Source: Octopus sinensis (taxonomy: Eukaryota). From it: 64,000 bases of DNA. Below are positions 37,177 through 52,089 of this stretch, piece after piece. The stretch is from positions 44,466,464 to 44,530,463 of the forward strand of contig NC_043011.1 of the NCBI RefSeq assembly GCF_006345805.1. Direction: 5' to 3'. Position 1 is the first letter of the stretch; every line of letters starts with the position of its first letter. The notes under the pieces are model-generated. The model did no database searches, was not told where the DNA came from, and saw only the letters and a list, made by a program, of their open reading frames with translations. The position numbers were made by a program, and so were the translations under genes.

Positions 37177-38162
37177 GAGTGTATGTGCATGTGTATGCGC
37201 GTGCGCGTGTGCGTGCGTGAATGTACTTTGTATTTTCTGTAAATCCCCCGAAGCAATGTAATGATTAGAATATTGCACAAATGGATATCTAGCGATAACT
37301 GATGAAAAGGCGAGCAATGGTGTAGAAACCTAAGGCTAATATTAATTCTAAAGCTAATATTGAGATTATTGACTCGGGGCTAACTGGTACATCACCAACA
37401 AGATATAAACGCTAGAATATTATTAATACGGGGTAAATAAATCGTTAATAACTAATGTGTATTAACGTGGTAAAGTAGGTTGTTATTATTATGTAGCCTA
37501 TAAATATATATATGCATGAAGTATAAATATCGACCTATTGATAAACGGAACAGATATACCGAAAACACGCTGAACTCTAGTGGGAAATAGATCTGGAAAT
37601 AAGTAAATGTGTGTATATATGTGTGTGTATGAATGTGTGTATGTATATATATGCACGTGTATGGACATCTGATGAAGGGGCTTTTTCCTTGCGTAGTTGT
37701 CTTGTACTCTGTTCTTTCGTTGTTAAAAAAATGGTCCGTTCCATGCTGTTTTTACGTTTTCGTTTCTCGTTGAGTTCTACGTCTATTTGTGGTGTCCTGT
37801 ACACACGTATATATATTTATATATGCATGTATATAGACATGTAGATGTAGTAGATACGTACATATATGTATGTATGTATGCATATATTTTATTTATTACA
37901 CTATATATTATATATATTATATATATATATCCATTTAAAAGTGGATGGTGTGTTAGAACACTGTATACAGGGATAGTAACAATGAGAGTAACTCTCATGT
38001 TGGTTATCGGTGCATATAATCACTCTCGTTGACATAGTTAGAAGGGGAGATAAATCACCCACCATCGCCACTGCCGATTTTTACAAGGTCACGAGATTTC
38101 GTCCTTCTCTGGTTTTGTCAATGGTGGACGCTCGAACGCTGGGGTAGGCAGCGACATAGATG

Positions 38163-38241
<79 letters not shown>

Positions 38242-38262
38242 TGATTGATTGATAGAGAGAAA

Positions 38263-38314
<52 letters not shown>

Positions 38315-38446
38315 TCTTTATATTTATATATACATGTATATAAATATATACATATATATATACACATATAATCTATATATATATATACATATATATATAT
38401 ACATAGGTATATATATATAATATAATATATACATACATACACACAC

Positions 38447-38583
<137 letters not shown>

Positions 38584-39068
38584 TATAAAAAAAAGGTTTG
38601 GATAGAAAAGTGATAATCTTAATTATACATAGCTAGAAGTGTATCTCATGATGGCTTCTCACAGCAGCGTGATATCAAAAGGATTGGTATTAGTTATTTA
38701 CTGAATAATATATCGTATTCGAAGCATTTAGTTAAAAGCTGTGTAATGAATGGAAAATTATTTACATCTAATATGTTTAATACTTATTATTTTTAGGCTC
38801 TGCATAAAAATATTAGGTAATAAATATATCAAGATATGTATAAGCGACAGAGGCGGTGTTAATACTGAGAGTCAACCACTAAAGGCTCTTAAATGTAGAT
38901 GGTGCAGAAAAGCGTACATTCTGCACCAAAATCCAATATGCGAGTTTCTCTCATGGTATCTACCGCAGTATAGGCTGTTCTAAAAGAACATTCACGTTTT
39001 ATTAGGGATAACTATTATTTCATGGTATTGATACTGCCTCTATCGCTTGTATGTGTATGTATGTGTGA

Positions 39069-39106
<38 letters not shown>

Positions 39107-39134
39107 GAGTGTGTGTGTGTGTGTGTGTGTGCGT

Positions 39135-39335
39135 GCATGCTTGTGCGTCTGTGTTTGTCCCCCACCATCGCTTGACAACCGATGCTAGTGCGTTTACGTC
39201 CCCGTAACTTAGCGGTTCGACAAAACAGACCGATATAATAGGCTTACAAAGAATAAGTCCTGGGGTCGATTTGTTCGACTAAAAGCGATGCTCTGGCATG
39301 GCCGCAATCAAATGACTGAAACAAATAAAAGAGTA
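39135..39335 (+). mobile_element. SINE-A 3' half
   Basis: gtttgtcccccaccatcgcttgacaaccgatgc...aaatgactgaaac. Confidence 0.88.
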
Positions 39336-39906
39336 AAATATACCAATATTTAGCACGACAGAAATACGTACAATATAGAATTCTTGGATAAAATGACGGA
39401 CATAATAAAAAGAACAACGTGAATATATAAGAACATAATGAAAGACAATAGAAAAATCTTAGCCACAGTAAAATCTAGAAGATCGTGCAGAATGCACCAA
39501 CTCACGTAAAACATATTTAACACTTAAGGATCATAAGGATTCTGTGCGTATATATATATATATATATATATATATGCATATATGTGCATATATGTGTGTG
39601 TGTGCATATATGTGTGTATGTAAACACTAAATGTCGGCCAGTCAAACCAATGAAACAACTGGTGGAGTCAGTAAAACTATGTGTGAGTCCGTAAACATAA
39701 ATATGAGGTAGCAAACCAATTTCCCAGAATAGAATCGTAATACCGCCACACTTAAGTGGTTTAATGGCATCGAAGACAAATCCAACAAATCATCTACCCA
39801 GTTCGATATTATAGAATATTTAGTCCATGTCTAAAAACGTTCTTCAAACGGTGAGAATTCGGGAAAAATCTACGCCACGGTAACTGAAACTCGCAGCAGT
39901 ATAATA

Positions 39907-40453
39907 CTGGTTTCAAGTTTTGGCACAAGGCCTGCAATTCCGAGGGATGAGATTACAACCAAAAGGATGAAAGCAAAGTTGACCTCGCCGAAATTTAAAT
40001 TCAGAACACAAAGACAGATGAAATATCGTTATGCATTTCGCCCGGCGTGCTAACGATTCTTATTTCTTTATTGCCCACAAGGGACTAAACAAAGAGGGGA
40101 CAAACAAGGGCAGACAACGGTATTAAGTCGATTACATCGACCCCAGTGCGTAACTGGTACTTAATTTATCGACCGCGAAAGGATGAAAAGCTATGTCGAC
40201 CTCGGAGGAATTTGAACTCAGAATGTAACAGCAGACGAAATACCGCTAAGCATTTCGCCCGGCGTGCTAACGATTCTGCCAGCTCACCACCTTTTGCATT
40301 AACCAAATATTGGTTTCAAATTTTAGCACAAGACCAACAATTCTGGGTGGATGGAGATAAGTCGATTACATCGACCCCAGTACTCAACTGGTACTTATTT
40401 TTTATCGATCCTGAAAGGATAAAAGGCAAAGTCGACCTCGGCGGGATTTGAAC
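39907..40453 (-). mobile_element. Cluster of three nested or partial SINE-B copies
   Basis: Family motifs repeated at 39.96, 40.14-40.29 and 40.37-40.45 kb. Confidence 0.85.
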
Positions 40454-40817
40454 ACAAGGGGTAAATTCGAAAAAAATGCCAAGCATTTGGGGGGGGGGTT
40501 GGGTGGGGGGGGCGTGGGGGGGGCGTTGGGGGGGGGCGTTGGGGGGGCGTTGGGGGGGGGAAGCGTTATTATTTTAAAACAATTTCTGTTAAAAAAAAAT
40601 AGGGTAATTAATTTTTATGCACAATCAGTGGATAACTATAATGAAAAGAAAAACTCAAGTTTCCGACAATTTGATGCCTTCACCATAAACAGATATGACA
40701 AACTTATGAGCTGAATAGATGATTCAGATGGTTAATTAGATAATTAGGCAATTTATGTATGTTAATCTAAAAATGTTAATGAACACCGATCAGATATCTG
40801 ACATCAGCTGTATAAAA

Positions 40818-40922
<105 letters not shown>

Positions 40923-41064
40923 TACAGAGAGGAAGGAGAGCTAGGTAGTTATAGATATATGTGTATATGTGTGTGTGTGTGTATGCATATATCACATACA
41001 TATAGATAAGTGTGTGTTTACATATATATATATATGTGAGCGTACATGAGTTTATGTGTATATT

Positions 41065-41249
41065 CGTGGCTGAATGGTAAGAAGCTTGCTTTCCATTCAC
41101 ATGGTTCCGGGTTCAGTCCCACTGCGTGGCAACTTGGCCAGGTGTATTCTGCTATAGCCCCGAAGCCGACCAAAGCCTTGTGAGTGGATTTGGTAAAAAG
41201 AAACTGAATTAAGTCAGTCGTGTGTGTACGTGTGCGTGTGTACGTGTGC

Positions 41250-41304
<55 letters not shown>

Positions 41305-41505
41305 TGTACGTATGAGTGTGTGTGTCTGTCTGTCTGTCCCCCACCACTGCTTGACAACTGGTGTTGGTGTGTTTACATTCCCGTAAACTAGCGGTTCGGC
41401 AAAAGAGATCGATAGAATAAGTACCATTCGATTAAAGTTCTACAAGGCGGTGCTCCATCGTGGCCGCAGTCCAATGACTGAAACTAGTAAAAGAATAAAA
41501 GAATG
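41065..41505 (+). mobile_element. SINE-A
   Basis: Head gtggctgaatggtaagaagc...ggttcagtccc; tail cagtccaatgactgaaac. Confidence 0.9.
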
Positions 41506-41532
41506 AAAGAAGGAAAGAATGTATATGTATGA

Positions 41533-41578
<46 letters not shown>

Positions 41579-41604
41579 GGGTAGAAAGATAGATAGATAG
41601 ATAA

Positions 41605-41679
<75 letters not shown>

Positions 41680-41761
41680 CTAGCATGTAGACCTAGATGC
41701 TCCACGAATGGAAAACGTTTAGTTTTATCGTAAAATGCTTAGGAGGAACCCTCGATATAAA

Positions 41762-42110
41762 GAAGTCAGTTTGAATAATATACACGGATTAATTTATTGT
41801 TTCATAAATAATAAAGTATACATGTAATTAAAAACCACTGCATATGATTTAGACGTGGACAGTTCAATACATACGACGTAGATTTCTGTTCAGTAATCAG
41901 CTAACTAAATGACCATTCAGTGTTTCGACGAAATAAAAAGGTGGAGTGAATGTAACATACGAACTAATTGCGTTTGATATGTGTGGCAGAGGGAGAGCGT
42001 GTGAGAGAAGTAGAGACAAACTATCAATTATGTATATGTATACATAGAGAGAGGGAGAGTGAAAAGAGAGGGGAAGAGAGAGGCTCACTGACAAGCTCAT
42101 CATAATTAGT
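41762..42110. repeat. Block Y, direct copy at 46623-47030
   Basis: About 13 differences in ~225 bp by eye; shared aggctcactgacaagctcatcataattag. Confidence 0.92.
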
Positions 42111-42152
42111 GCCTATATAGATACACAAAGATACAAACACACACATATATAT

Positions 42153-42381
42153 ATTTTTTTACTACCCACAAGGGGCTAACACAGAGGGAACAAACAAGGA
42201 CAGACAAATGGATTAAGTCGATTACATCGTTCCCAGTGCGTAACTGGTACTTAATTTATCGACCCCGAAAGGATGAAAGGCAAAGTCGACCTCGGCGGAA
42301 TTTGAACTCAGAACATAACGGCAGACGAAATACGGCTATGCATTTCGCCCGGTGTGCTAACGTTTCTGCCAGCTCGCCGCC
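42153..42381 (-). mobile_element. Full-length SINE-B
   Basis: Family motifs through tctgccagctcgccgcc. Confidence 0.93.
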
Positions 42382-42444
42382 TTTTATATACACACACATG
42401 TACACACACATATACACACACATATACGTCTATGGATATACATA

Positions 42445-43115
42445 CAGTACCGGGCAAAAGACTTCGGGCCACTTTCGCTTTCCCGGAGGCCTTCTGACAA
42501 ATTCTCGTTTATTAGAAAACGAAATGAACCACGTTACACAACGAAAACAGTGAAGTTTAGGGATAAGAGTCTGATGCTTTGGGGATACATAAAATGTGAT
42601 GGTTCAAGAAAGTTGGTTAAAATTGACGGTAATCTGAATAGTACCAAAATACATCCAGTTACTGAAAGACAATTTGATACTAGACTTGAATGAAGGTGAG
42701 ATTTTTCAGTATGACAGCTTGCATGCAAAACAACAGAGTCTGGCTGATGAAGGTGTTACCAGATTGAAAGATTGGCCAGCTCAGAACCCTGACTTAATTA
42801 TCATCGGGCAAATGTGGACAGAACTAAGGAGAAGAGTTTGTCACAAGAATCCACGCGATCTTGAAGTGTTGTGGGAATTCAACCACAGAGAATGGCATCT
42901 CATAGCTGTGAAAATGGTGAAGGATTTGTACGCATCTCTTCCCAAGTGCGTGAAAACAATTATTCAAGCTAAGGAATGTCACACGAAATATTAACAATGT
43001 ACAGTAACTTCTTGAAATGAACATTATGTAATAAATTTTCATTATAGACATTTTTCTATTTTAAAACACTGTGTCTTGGTTGGTTTATGTGAGGTGGCTG
43101 AAAAGTTTTGCATGG
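42445..43115 (+). mobile_element. Tc1-family transposon relic (internally deleted)
   Basis: Starts TA|CAGTAC; motifs SLMLWGYI..DGNLNSTKYIQLL and DWPAQNPDLIII.QMW..AKECHTKY; degenerate right TIR near 43092-43115. Confidence 0.85.
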
Positions 43116-43278
43116 CCATTTTGGTGGGGGTCGTCTCGCATCTTCCCCTCTCATTCAGAACCCCTACTACAAAATATAATGAATAGGAATGGAAATGGTT
43201 CCAATAGGGTTCAATGCTTCATCGTTAAAAAGTCTTTTGTCTTGTATGTATTTTTATATATGTGCATATTAGTATATA

Positions 43279-43675
43279 CTAGCAGTATCGCCCGGCGTTG
43301 CTCGGGTTTGTAAGGGAAATAACTATATAAGCATTTTTAGAGAGTTATAGCCAAAAATAGCAAAAAAAATGCATTAAAAATGGGAAAAAAATGATGGTAA
43401 ATTTTTTTTTAAATCGTTGACTCATCGTAGACATTTTTAGAGAGTTACTTCCCTTATATAATAGCGAAAAAATGCATTAAAATGGAAAAAATAATGGTAA
43501 ATTATTTTTTAAATCGTAGACTCATCGTAGACGCACGCTAATACCCAGAAGGGCTCGATATGAATCACGACTATAAGATACCCGCTTTTGGTTACACTGC
43601 ACCGCAAAATGTGGGAGTAGTTAGGAATCTAAATCGTAGGAGACAGACACACAACTTGACTTTTATATATAAAGA
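43279..43675 (-). mobile_element. Non-autonomous Helitron, complete ends, internal duplication
   Basis: Minus strand A|TCtttatatataaaag ... cccgagcaacgccggg-cgatactgCTAG|T. Confidence 0.88.
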
Positions 43676-44322
43676 TATAATATGCATCTACATCGGTTTC
43701 AAATTTTAGCACAAGGCCGGCAATTTCAGATGGCGGCTTAAGTTGATTACATCGACACAGTACTCAACTGCTACTTATTTTATTGACCCCGAAAGGATGA
43801 AAAGCAAAGTCGACATCAACCGAATTTGAACTCAGACCGTAAAGACAGACGAAATACCGCGAAATAGTTTTAGAAATACATTATTTTTTTTAAACAATTT
43901 TTGCTAACAAGTAGGGAAATTCAATCTCCATGCAATCTATAGATGGCCATAAGATAGAGGAGATTCAAGTTTCCGATCATCTGATGCTTTCACCCATAAA
44001 CAGACATAATATGGGCAAACTTATAAGTAAATTAGATTATTAAGATGTTTAATTAGGTAATTAGGCAATTCCGACATGCTAATCTAAAATATTTCTATGA
44101 TCACTAAACCAGTATGACATCAGCCTCATAAATTATGTGTCTGTATGTGTGTGGATGTGGATGTGTGTATGTGTGTACGTGGATGTGTGTGGATGTGTGT
44201 GTATGTGTGTGTGTGTGTGTGTGTGTGGAGAGGGAAAGAGAGAGGGAAAGCGAAGTAAGATAATTATAAATATGTGTGCGTGAATGTGTATTTATAAATA
44301 TATATATATATATATATATATA

Positions 44323-44623
44323 CTAGCGGTATCGCCCGGCGTTGCACGGGTTTGTAAGGGAAGTAACTATATAAGCATTTTTAGAGAGTTACTTCCCTTA
44401 TATAATAGAAAAAAGAATGCATTAAAAATGGGAAAAAATGATATGGTAAATTTTTTTTTAAATCGTAGACTCATCGTAGACGCGCGCTAATACCCAGAAG
44501 GGCTCGATATTTATCACGACTATAAGATACCCGCTTTTGGTTAAACTGCACCGCAAAATGTGGGAGTAGCTAGGAATCTAAATCGTAGGAGACAGACACA
44601 CAACTTCACTTTTATATATAAAG

Positions 44624-44624
<1 letters not shown>
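44323..44624 (-). mobile_element. Non-autonomous Helitron, sister copy
   Basis: Colinear with 43279-43675 but lacks the ~105-bp duplication. Confidence 0.88.
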
Positions 44625-44654
<30 letters not shown>

Positions 44655-44657
<3 letters not shown>

Positions 44658-45260
44658 CGGGAAGCTTTATGAAAATAAACAAAAGACGAAGGCAGGTGGA
44701 AAACAAACGAACAATTGTATTAGTATGGCGCTCAGGAAATATAAAAATAACGTTTCGAGCCTACGCTCTTCAACAGAAAGATACAGAGAGAGAAAAACAC
44801 AGAAAGAGGAGAGAAAAAAAATGCGTGCAGTAGCTAACGAATCAACATGGCGATCTGATTTCGGCCAGAGGTCAAAGATCAAACATGAGACGCGAGAGCG
44901 AAATAAGGGGAGATAATAGGGTTGATAAAGGGTTGGGGACCAGCTAAAGTGCGTGGGAGGGGTCTGGATGTGTGTATGTATAGGGTTGGTGTATGTATTA
45001 GTATGTATAAGGTGTGTGTGTGTGTGTGTGTATGAGAGAGTATTAGTGCGTAAGATTGGTCTGGACGTGCGTATGTATGGGGTTGGTGTATGTATTAGTA
45101 TGTATAGTATGTATTAGTACGTATTGGTATGTATAGGGGTTGTGTTGTGTGTGAGAGGAGAGTATAAGTGCGTATGCGGGGTCTGGACGTGTGTATGTAT
45201 AGGGTTGGTGTAAGTAAGTATTAGTATGTACTGGTATGTATTAGTACGTATTAGTATGTA
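44655..45260 (-). mobile_element. Longest copy of the CUGUNGA hammerhead-like family, with internal ~110-bp subrepeats
   Basis: UCUUU-CUGUUGA-A-GAGC(GUAG)GCUC-GAAAC-GUU at 44745-44780; ggtctgga(t/c)gtg.gtatgtat.gggttggtg occurs at 44960, 45058 and 45180. Confidence 0.65.
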
Positions 45261-45329
45261 TTAGTTGGTGTGTGTATTAGTATGGCACATCATATGTGAT
45301 GTGATGTGTAAAGTCATGTGGTGGTAGTG

Positions 45330-45651
45330 AGGAGAAGGGGGGAGGAGAAGAGGGGGGGGGGAGAGAGAAGAGGGGGGAGAGAAGGCGAGGGGAAGAAGAG
45401 GGGGAGGAGAAGGGGGAAGAGGAGAGGATGGGGGAGAAGGAAGGGGAGGAGGGGTGATGAAGGAGGAAAGAGGGAGAGGGGGAGAGAGGGAGTGAGGGAG
45501 CAGAGGGAAGGGGAAGGGAATAGGGAGGCGAGAAGAGGGAAGAGGGAAGAAGGGAAGGGGAGTAGGGGTGAAAGGATGAAGGACTGAAGAAGTAGGGGTG
45601 GGGGGAGAGAAAGGATAGGTGAGGAGGGGGGGAGAGGGGGGTTAGATGAGG

Positions 45652-45655
<4 letters not shown>
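45330..45655. repeat. Polypurine GGA/GGGA low-complexity tract
   Basis: Direct reading. Confidence 0.92.
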
Positions 45656-45694
<39 letters not shown>

Positions 45695-45722
45695 TTGTGT
45701 ATGTGTGTGTATGTGTGTGTGT

Positions 45723-45903
45723 ATTCTTTTACTTGTTTCAGTCATTTGACTGCGGCCTAGTACTTATTCTAGCGGTCTCTTTTGCCGAACCGCTAAGTTA
45801 CGGGGACGTAAACACACCAGCATCGGTTTCAAGTTATGGAGGAGAGATAAACATAGACACACACTCATACACAAGCATACAAATACACACACACACACAC
45901 ACA

Positions 45904-45951
<48 letters not shown>

Positions 45952-46115
45952 GACGAGCTTCTTTTCAGTTTCCGTCAACCAAATCCACTCACAAGGCTTT
46001 GGTCGGTCCGAGGCTATAGTAGAAGGCACTTGCCCAAGGTGCCACGCAGTGGAACTGAACCCGGAACTATGTGGTTAGCAAGCAAGCTTCTTACCACACA
46101 GCCACTTCTGCGCCT
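45723..46115 (-). mobile_element. SINE-A with internal deletion
   Basis: Both head (cacagccacttctgcgcc) and tail are present. Confidence 0.9.
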
Positions 46116-46911
46116 GAAAAAGTTACTCATGGCAGCGGTATGCATGTATGTATGCATGTATGTATGTATGTATGTATGTATGTATGTATGTATGTATGTA
46201 TGTATGTATGTATGTACGTATTTGAAGTGTGTAAAGAGGAAGCTAGTTGTTATGCGAGCTATTTGCGAAATGCCGCTAAAGATTTTTAGAATGTCGTTAT
46301 CATTTGCAAGCAAATATAATCTAGGGATAACTATAAAAGAATGGTAAGTCAAGTTTCCGATCATCTGATGCCCTCACCATAAACATATGATATACACACA
46401 TTTATGAGTTAATTAGAATATTATGGCGTTCAATTAGATGATTAGGCAATTCAGATATGCTAATCTCAAAAATTTTGACAAGCACTGATCAGATTTAAGG
46501 CATCATCCGCATAAATTATGCTCGTACGTGCCTATGGGTGTCTGTGTGTGGGAAGAGAGAGAGGTGCTACGTAAATGTAGATGTACGTGCATATACGAGT
46601 GTGTGTGTTTGCTTAATATGAAGAGGTCAGTTGAATAAAATACACGGATTAATTTATTGTTTCATAAATAATAAAGTACACATGTAATTATAAACCACTA
46701 CATATGATTTAGACGTGGACAGTTCAATACATACGACGTAGATTTCTGTTCAGTAAACAGCTAATTAAATGACCAGTCAGTGTTTCGACGAAATAGAAAG
46801 GTGGAGTGAATGCAACATACGAGCTAATTGCGTTTGATATGCGTGGCAGGGGTGAACGAGCAGGTGAGAAAAAAACAGAAAGTGTTATAGAAATACAGAC
46901 ACACTACCAAT

Positions 46912-46990
<79 letters not shown>

Positions 46991-47195
46991 GTATAGGCTC
47001 ACTGACAAGCTCATCATAATTAGCTTTTATATTACACACACACACATGCACACACGTGTACACACGTACGTACACAAACACATACTCACACTCATATATA
47101 CATATACACACACATATATATATGTATATATATACACATATATATATACATATGTATGTATGTATAATAATAATATATACATACATATATGTATA

Positions 47196-47229
<34 letters not shown>

Positions 47230-47569
47230 ATGTATGTATGTATAGATATATATATATATGTATATATATATATTAAATACGTGTGTGTGTGTATTTATAT
47301 ATGTATGTAGGTGCATGATATGTACATATATTAACAAGTATGGACATGTATAAGCATGTGAATACATATGTGGAAGCATGTGTGTATATAATTATTCATG
47401 TGTATGTGTAATATTTTAGTGTTAATGTATACTTGTATATACACAAATGCGTGCTTGCGTCCCCATTCTTTATCGACTTCTGTGAAGGAATATTTTTTGT
47501 CTGTGTGATATAATCGGGTTAATTAGGGGTCAGCACGGCATGTGTATATACGTGTGTTTCTGTGTACCT

Positions 47570-47626
47570 GTATGTATGTATGTATGTATGTATGAATGTA
47601 TGTATGTATGTATGCATGTATGTATG

Positions 47627-47660
<34 letters not shown>

Positions 47661-49271
47661 TGTATGTATGTATGTATGTATGTATGTATGTATGCATGTA
47701 TGTATGCATGTATGCATGTATGTATGTATGTATGTATGTATGTATGTATGTATGCATGTATGTATGCATGTATGCATGTATGTATGTATGTATGTATGTA
47801 TGTATGTATGTATGTATGCATGTATGTATGCATGTATGCATGTATGTATGTATGTATGTATGTATGTATGTATGTATGCGTATGTATGCATGTATGTATG
47901 TATGTATGTATGTATGTATGTATGCATGTATGCATGTATGTATGCATGTATGCATGTAGTAGTATGTATGTATGCATGTATGTATGTATGTATGCATGTA
48001 TGTATGCATGTATGCATGTATGTATGTATGTATGTATGTATGTATGCATGTATGTATGTTGTATGTATGTATGTATGTGTTGTATGTATGTATGTGTGTA
48101 TGTATGTTGTATGTATGTTGTATGTATGTGTGTATGTATGTATGTGTGTATGTATGTATGTATGTCATGTATGTATGTATGTATGTTTGTATGATGTATG
48201 TATGTATGTATGTATGTATGCATGTATGTATGTATGTATGTATGTATGTATGTATGTAGTATGCATGTATGTATGCATGCATGTATGTATGTATGTATGT
48301 ATGTAGTATGGCATGTATGTATGTATGTATGTAGTTATGTATGCATGTTGTATGTATGTATGTATGTATGGATGTATGTATGTATGTATGCATGTATGTA
48401 TGTATGTATGTATGTATATATGTATGTGTGAATGTATGTATGTATGTATGTATGTATGTATGTATGTATGTATGCATGTATGTATGCATGCATGTATGTA
48501 TGTATGTATGTATGTATGTATGCATGTATGTATGTATGTATGTAGTTATGTATGCATGTATGTATGTATGTATGTATGTATGTATGTGTTGTATGTATGT
48601 ATGTATGTATGCATGTAGTATGTATGTAGTTGTATGTAGTATGTATGTATGCATGTATGTATGTATGTATGTATGTATGCATGTATGTATGTATGTATGT
48701 ATGTATGATGTATGTATGTATGTATGTATGTGTGTATGTATGTATGTGTGTATTATGTATGCATGTATGTATGTATGTATGTATGTATGTTTGTATGCAT
48801 GTATGTATGTATGTATGTAGTATGCATGTATGTATGTATGTATGTATGTATGTATGTATGTATGTATGCATGTATGTATGCATGCATGATGTGTATGTAT
48901 GTATGTATGTATGCATGTATGTATGTATGTATGTAGTATGTATGCATGTATGTATGTATGTATGTATGTGTATGTAGTATGTATGTATGATGTATGTATG
49001 TATGTATGTATGTATGTATGTATGTATGTATGTATGTATGTGTGTATGTATCTTGACGTACACAGAAAGATAGACGCAACGTCAAATGCAGACTTATGGC
49101 AAGGACACCAATACACACAAACACACACACATTTGCACTGAAATATACTCATACACACACATACTCGTGTACACATAAAGATACGTGCGCGCCCACACAC
49201 ACACACACACGCATACTCACACATAGATATACACTGGCGTGAATACACGCACATACACATACATACACTCA

Positions 49272-49309
<38 letters not shown>

Positions 49310-49548
49310 TTTTCACCAAAACACACTCGTACACGCCCATGCATATACATACACATACATACACTCACAAACACACACACACACATACACAGGTACATAT
49401 TCACCGACACACACTCATACACGCCCATGTATACACACACACACATATACACAAGCATGAATACACGCACATACACATACATACACTCACAAACACACAT
49501 ACACGCACGCACATATTCACCGAAGCACACTCATACAAGGCCATGCAT

Positions 49549-49579
<31 letters not shown>

Positions 49580-50155
49580 CACACGCGCATAAATACACAC
49601 ACGCATAAATACACACACACATACACACACATATACATACATACATGCATACATGCATACATACATACATACATACATACATAACTACATACATACATAC
49701 ATACAACATACATACATACATACATACATACATACATACATACATACATAACTACATACATACATACATACAACATACATACATACATACATACATACAT
49801 ACTAATACATAACTAATCATACTACATACATACATACATAACACATACATACATACATACATACATAATACATACATACATACATAACATAAACTACATA
49901 CATACATACATAATACATACATACATACATACATACATACATACATACATACATACATACATACATACATACATACATACATAACTACATACATACATAC
50001 ATACATACATACATACATACATACTAACTACATACATACATCATACATACATACATACATACATACATAACTACATACATACATACATACATACATACAT
50101 AACACATACATACATACATACATACATACATACATACATACATACATACATACAC
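47570..50155. repeat. Large (TATG)n tract (47570-49030), CA-rich spacer, and oppositely oriented (CATA)n tract (49630-50155)
   Basis: Direct reading; source of the 666-aa HTYI ORF. Confidence 0.96.
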
Positions 50156-50564
50156 AGACTCACACACGCTTATTATTGCTACAATAAAAATGGGGCGAAT
50201 GTTTTATGACGACATAGTTTTTTTATGTGAAAAACTCATTAACACGATATGAATTCACAAAATGTGTAACACCTTCATCAATTGACCTCAATCGACTCAG
50301 TTCGATGATGCATTGCGTCAAAGTGTACTGATACCGATACAACATAGGGAGTGCTGTTACAGGAGCTCGCTATGCTAGAAACAGCAGCCAATTGTGCATC
50401 AAATGAAACCCAATTGAATAGGACAAAGAAGGATAAAAAATGAATGAATTATGAGTTGTCAGCTGAATGTCGAGAAGCTTCGTCAATTACTGAGTGATAA
50501 AGATTGGGTTTTATTCGAGGAACGGGGTTTGTACATATATAACCAAAAGTAAACGTTACACGCA

Positions 50565-50595
<31 letters not shown>

Positions 50596-50639
50596 CATAC
50601 ATGCACAAATATACGCATACATAGAAACATATATATATA

Positions 50640-50838
50640 ATACAAAAATGGGACAAGAACGCAAAACAGCCAGACAGTTAGGTGATACAAAAAAAGGGAC
50701 AACAAAACATCCAGGCAGACGATACGAAGAAAACAAGGACGGTTCATTCGGAGTTTTTCTTTCCTCGGTCGAGTTCTAGATTACCTTTTCAATTTCGGCT
50801 GGTTATACTCGAGATTGCTCCAATCTGGCCTGCCCCAA
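50640..50838. repeat. Copy of the aaaatgggacaagaacgc dispersed family
   Basis: Colinear with 52472-52660. Confidence 0.88.
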
Positions 50839-50928
50839 GGAATATATATATTTATATATATATATACAGGATTAAATAAAAAGACAAACAAACGGGAAAT
50901 ATGACATACCTGTATATATGTATATATA

Positions 50929-50974
<46 letters not shown>

Positions 50975-51363
50975 CATGTATGTATGTATGTATGTATGTT
51001 TGTATGTATGTATGTATGTATGTATGTATGTATGTATGTATGTATGCATGTATGTATGCATAATTTTAAAAACGGGTAGTAAATAAACAAACGGACATAT
51101 ACTAAATACACAGACGAACAGAAAACATAGAAGGTTATCATTTATCGATCAGAGGGCCAAGCGCAATTTCGGCTATTATCGATAATATTGTTTCTACTCT
51201 GGAGGCACTGGCAAGAAACCTGTCGGGAATGAGACCAAAACATAACAAAACGAGACGAGGTCAAGATGAGACCTTTAGTGGACGGAGGAGCGACAAAACA
51301 ATAAACAGAATAAAGGCTTCGGGCTACACGAAGACAACAATTAAAACGATAGTAATACATAGT

Positions 51364-51672
51364 TTATTTTTTTTATTTATGCGCCCTTTTCAAGCTTAGC
51401 CAGGTTCATGGGCCCGGTTTCCCGGTTTCTGTGGCGTATGTGTTCCCCTCCAGCTGGACGGGACACCAGTCCATCACAGCATTACTCAAGAAACAGGAAG
51501 AGAGAGTGAGAGAAAGTTGAGGCGAAAGAGTACAACAGGGGGTCGCCACCACCCCCTGCCGGAGTCTCGTGGAGCTTTTAGGTGTTTCCGCTTAATAAAC
51601 ACACACAACATCCGGTTTGGGAATCGAAACCGCGAGTCCGCTGCCCTAACGACCGGGCCATTGCGCCTCCAC
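51364..51672 (-). mobile_element. tRNA-derived SINE (head C + tail D)
   Basis: Head as 29137-28930; tail as 25146-25265. Confidence 0.88.
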
Positions 51673-52049
51673 AGTAATACATATACAGCAAAAAAAAGTC
51701 TTCTGGCTGCAAGACAGAACCAAAAATGGGTAACGCGAAGGAAAATTGAAAACTGTCCTAAAAACCACTATTATGCAACTCAAACAGTGATAGACATAAA
51801 CCAAAACGTAAATAACAAATAGTATATATTTTTATAAAACATATAATTTATAACTAGATCTCAAAAAGTATAAAAAATGAATGATCAATATATAATAAGT
51901 AAAAACAACTACGTACGCTTCATGGCTACAACTAAATTCGAATTACAATTAAGTTTAAATTCAATTGAAATAGCTGGTCACAATGTTCATCTCGCATTGT
52001 TTTAGCTTTTGAATGATGCCACCCTGCTGGCTAGGTGGGTGAGCCATGC

Positions 52050-52059
<10 letters not shown>

Positions 52060-52089
<30 letters not shown>

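Noticed and set aside
47530-49530. 666-aa ORF and the many other [20 protein letters not shown] ORFs
   Set aside because: They are translations of stop-free microsatellites, not genes.
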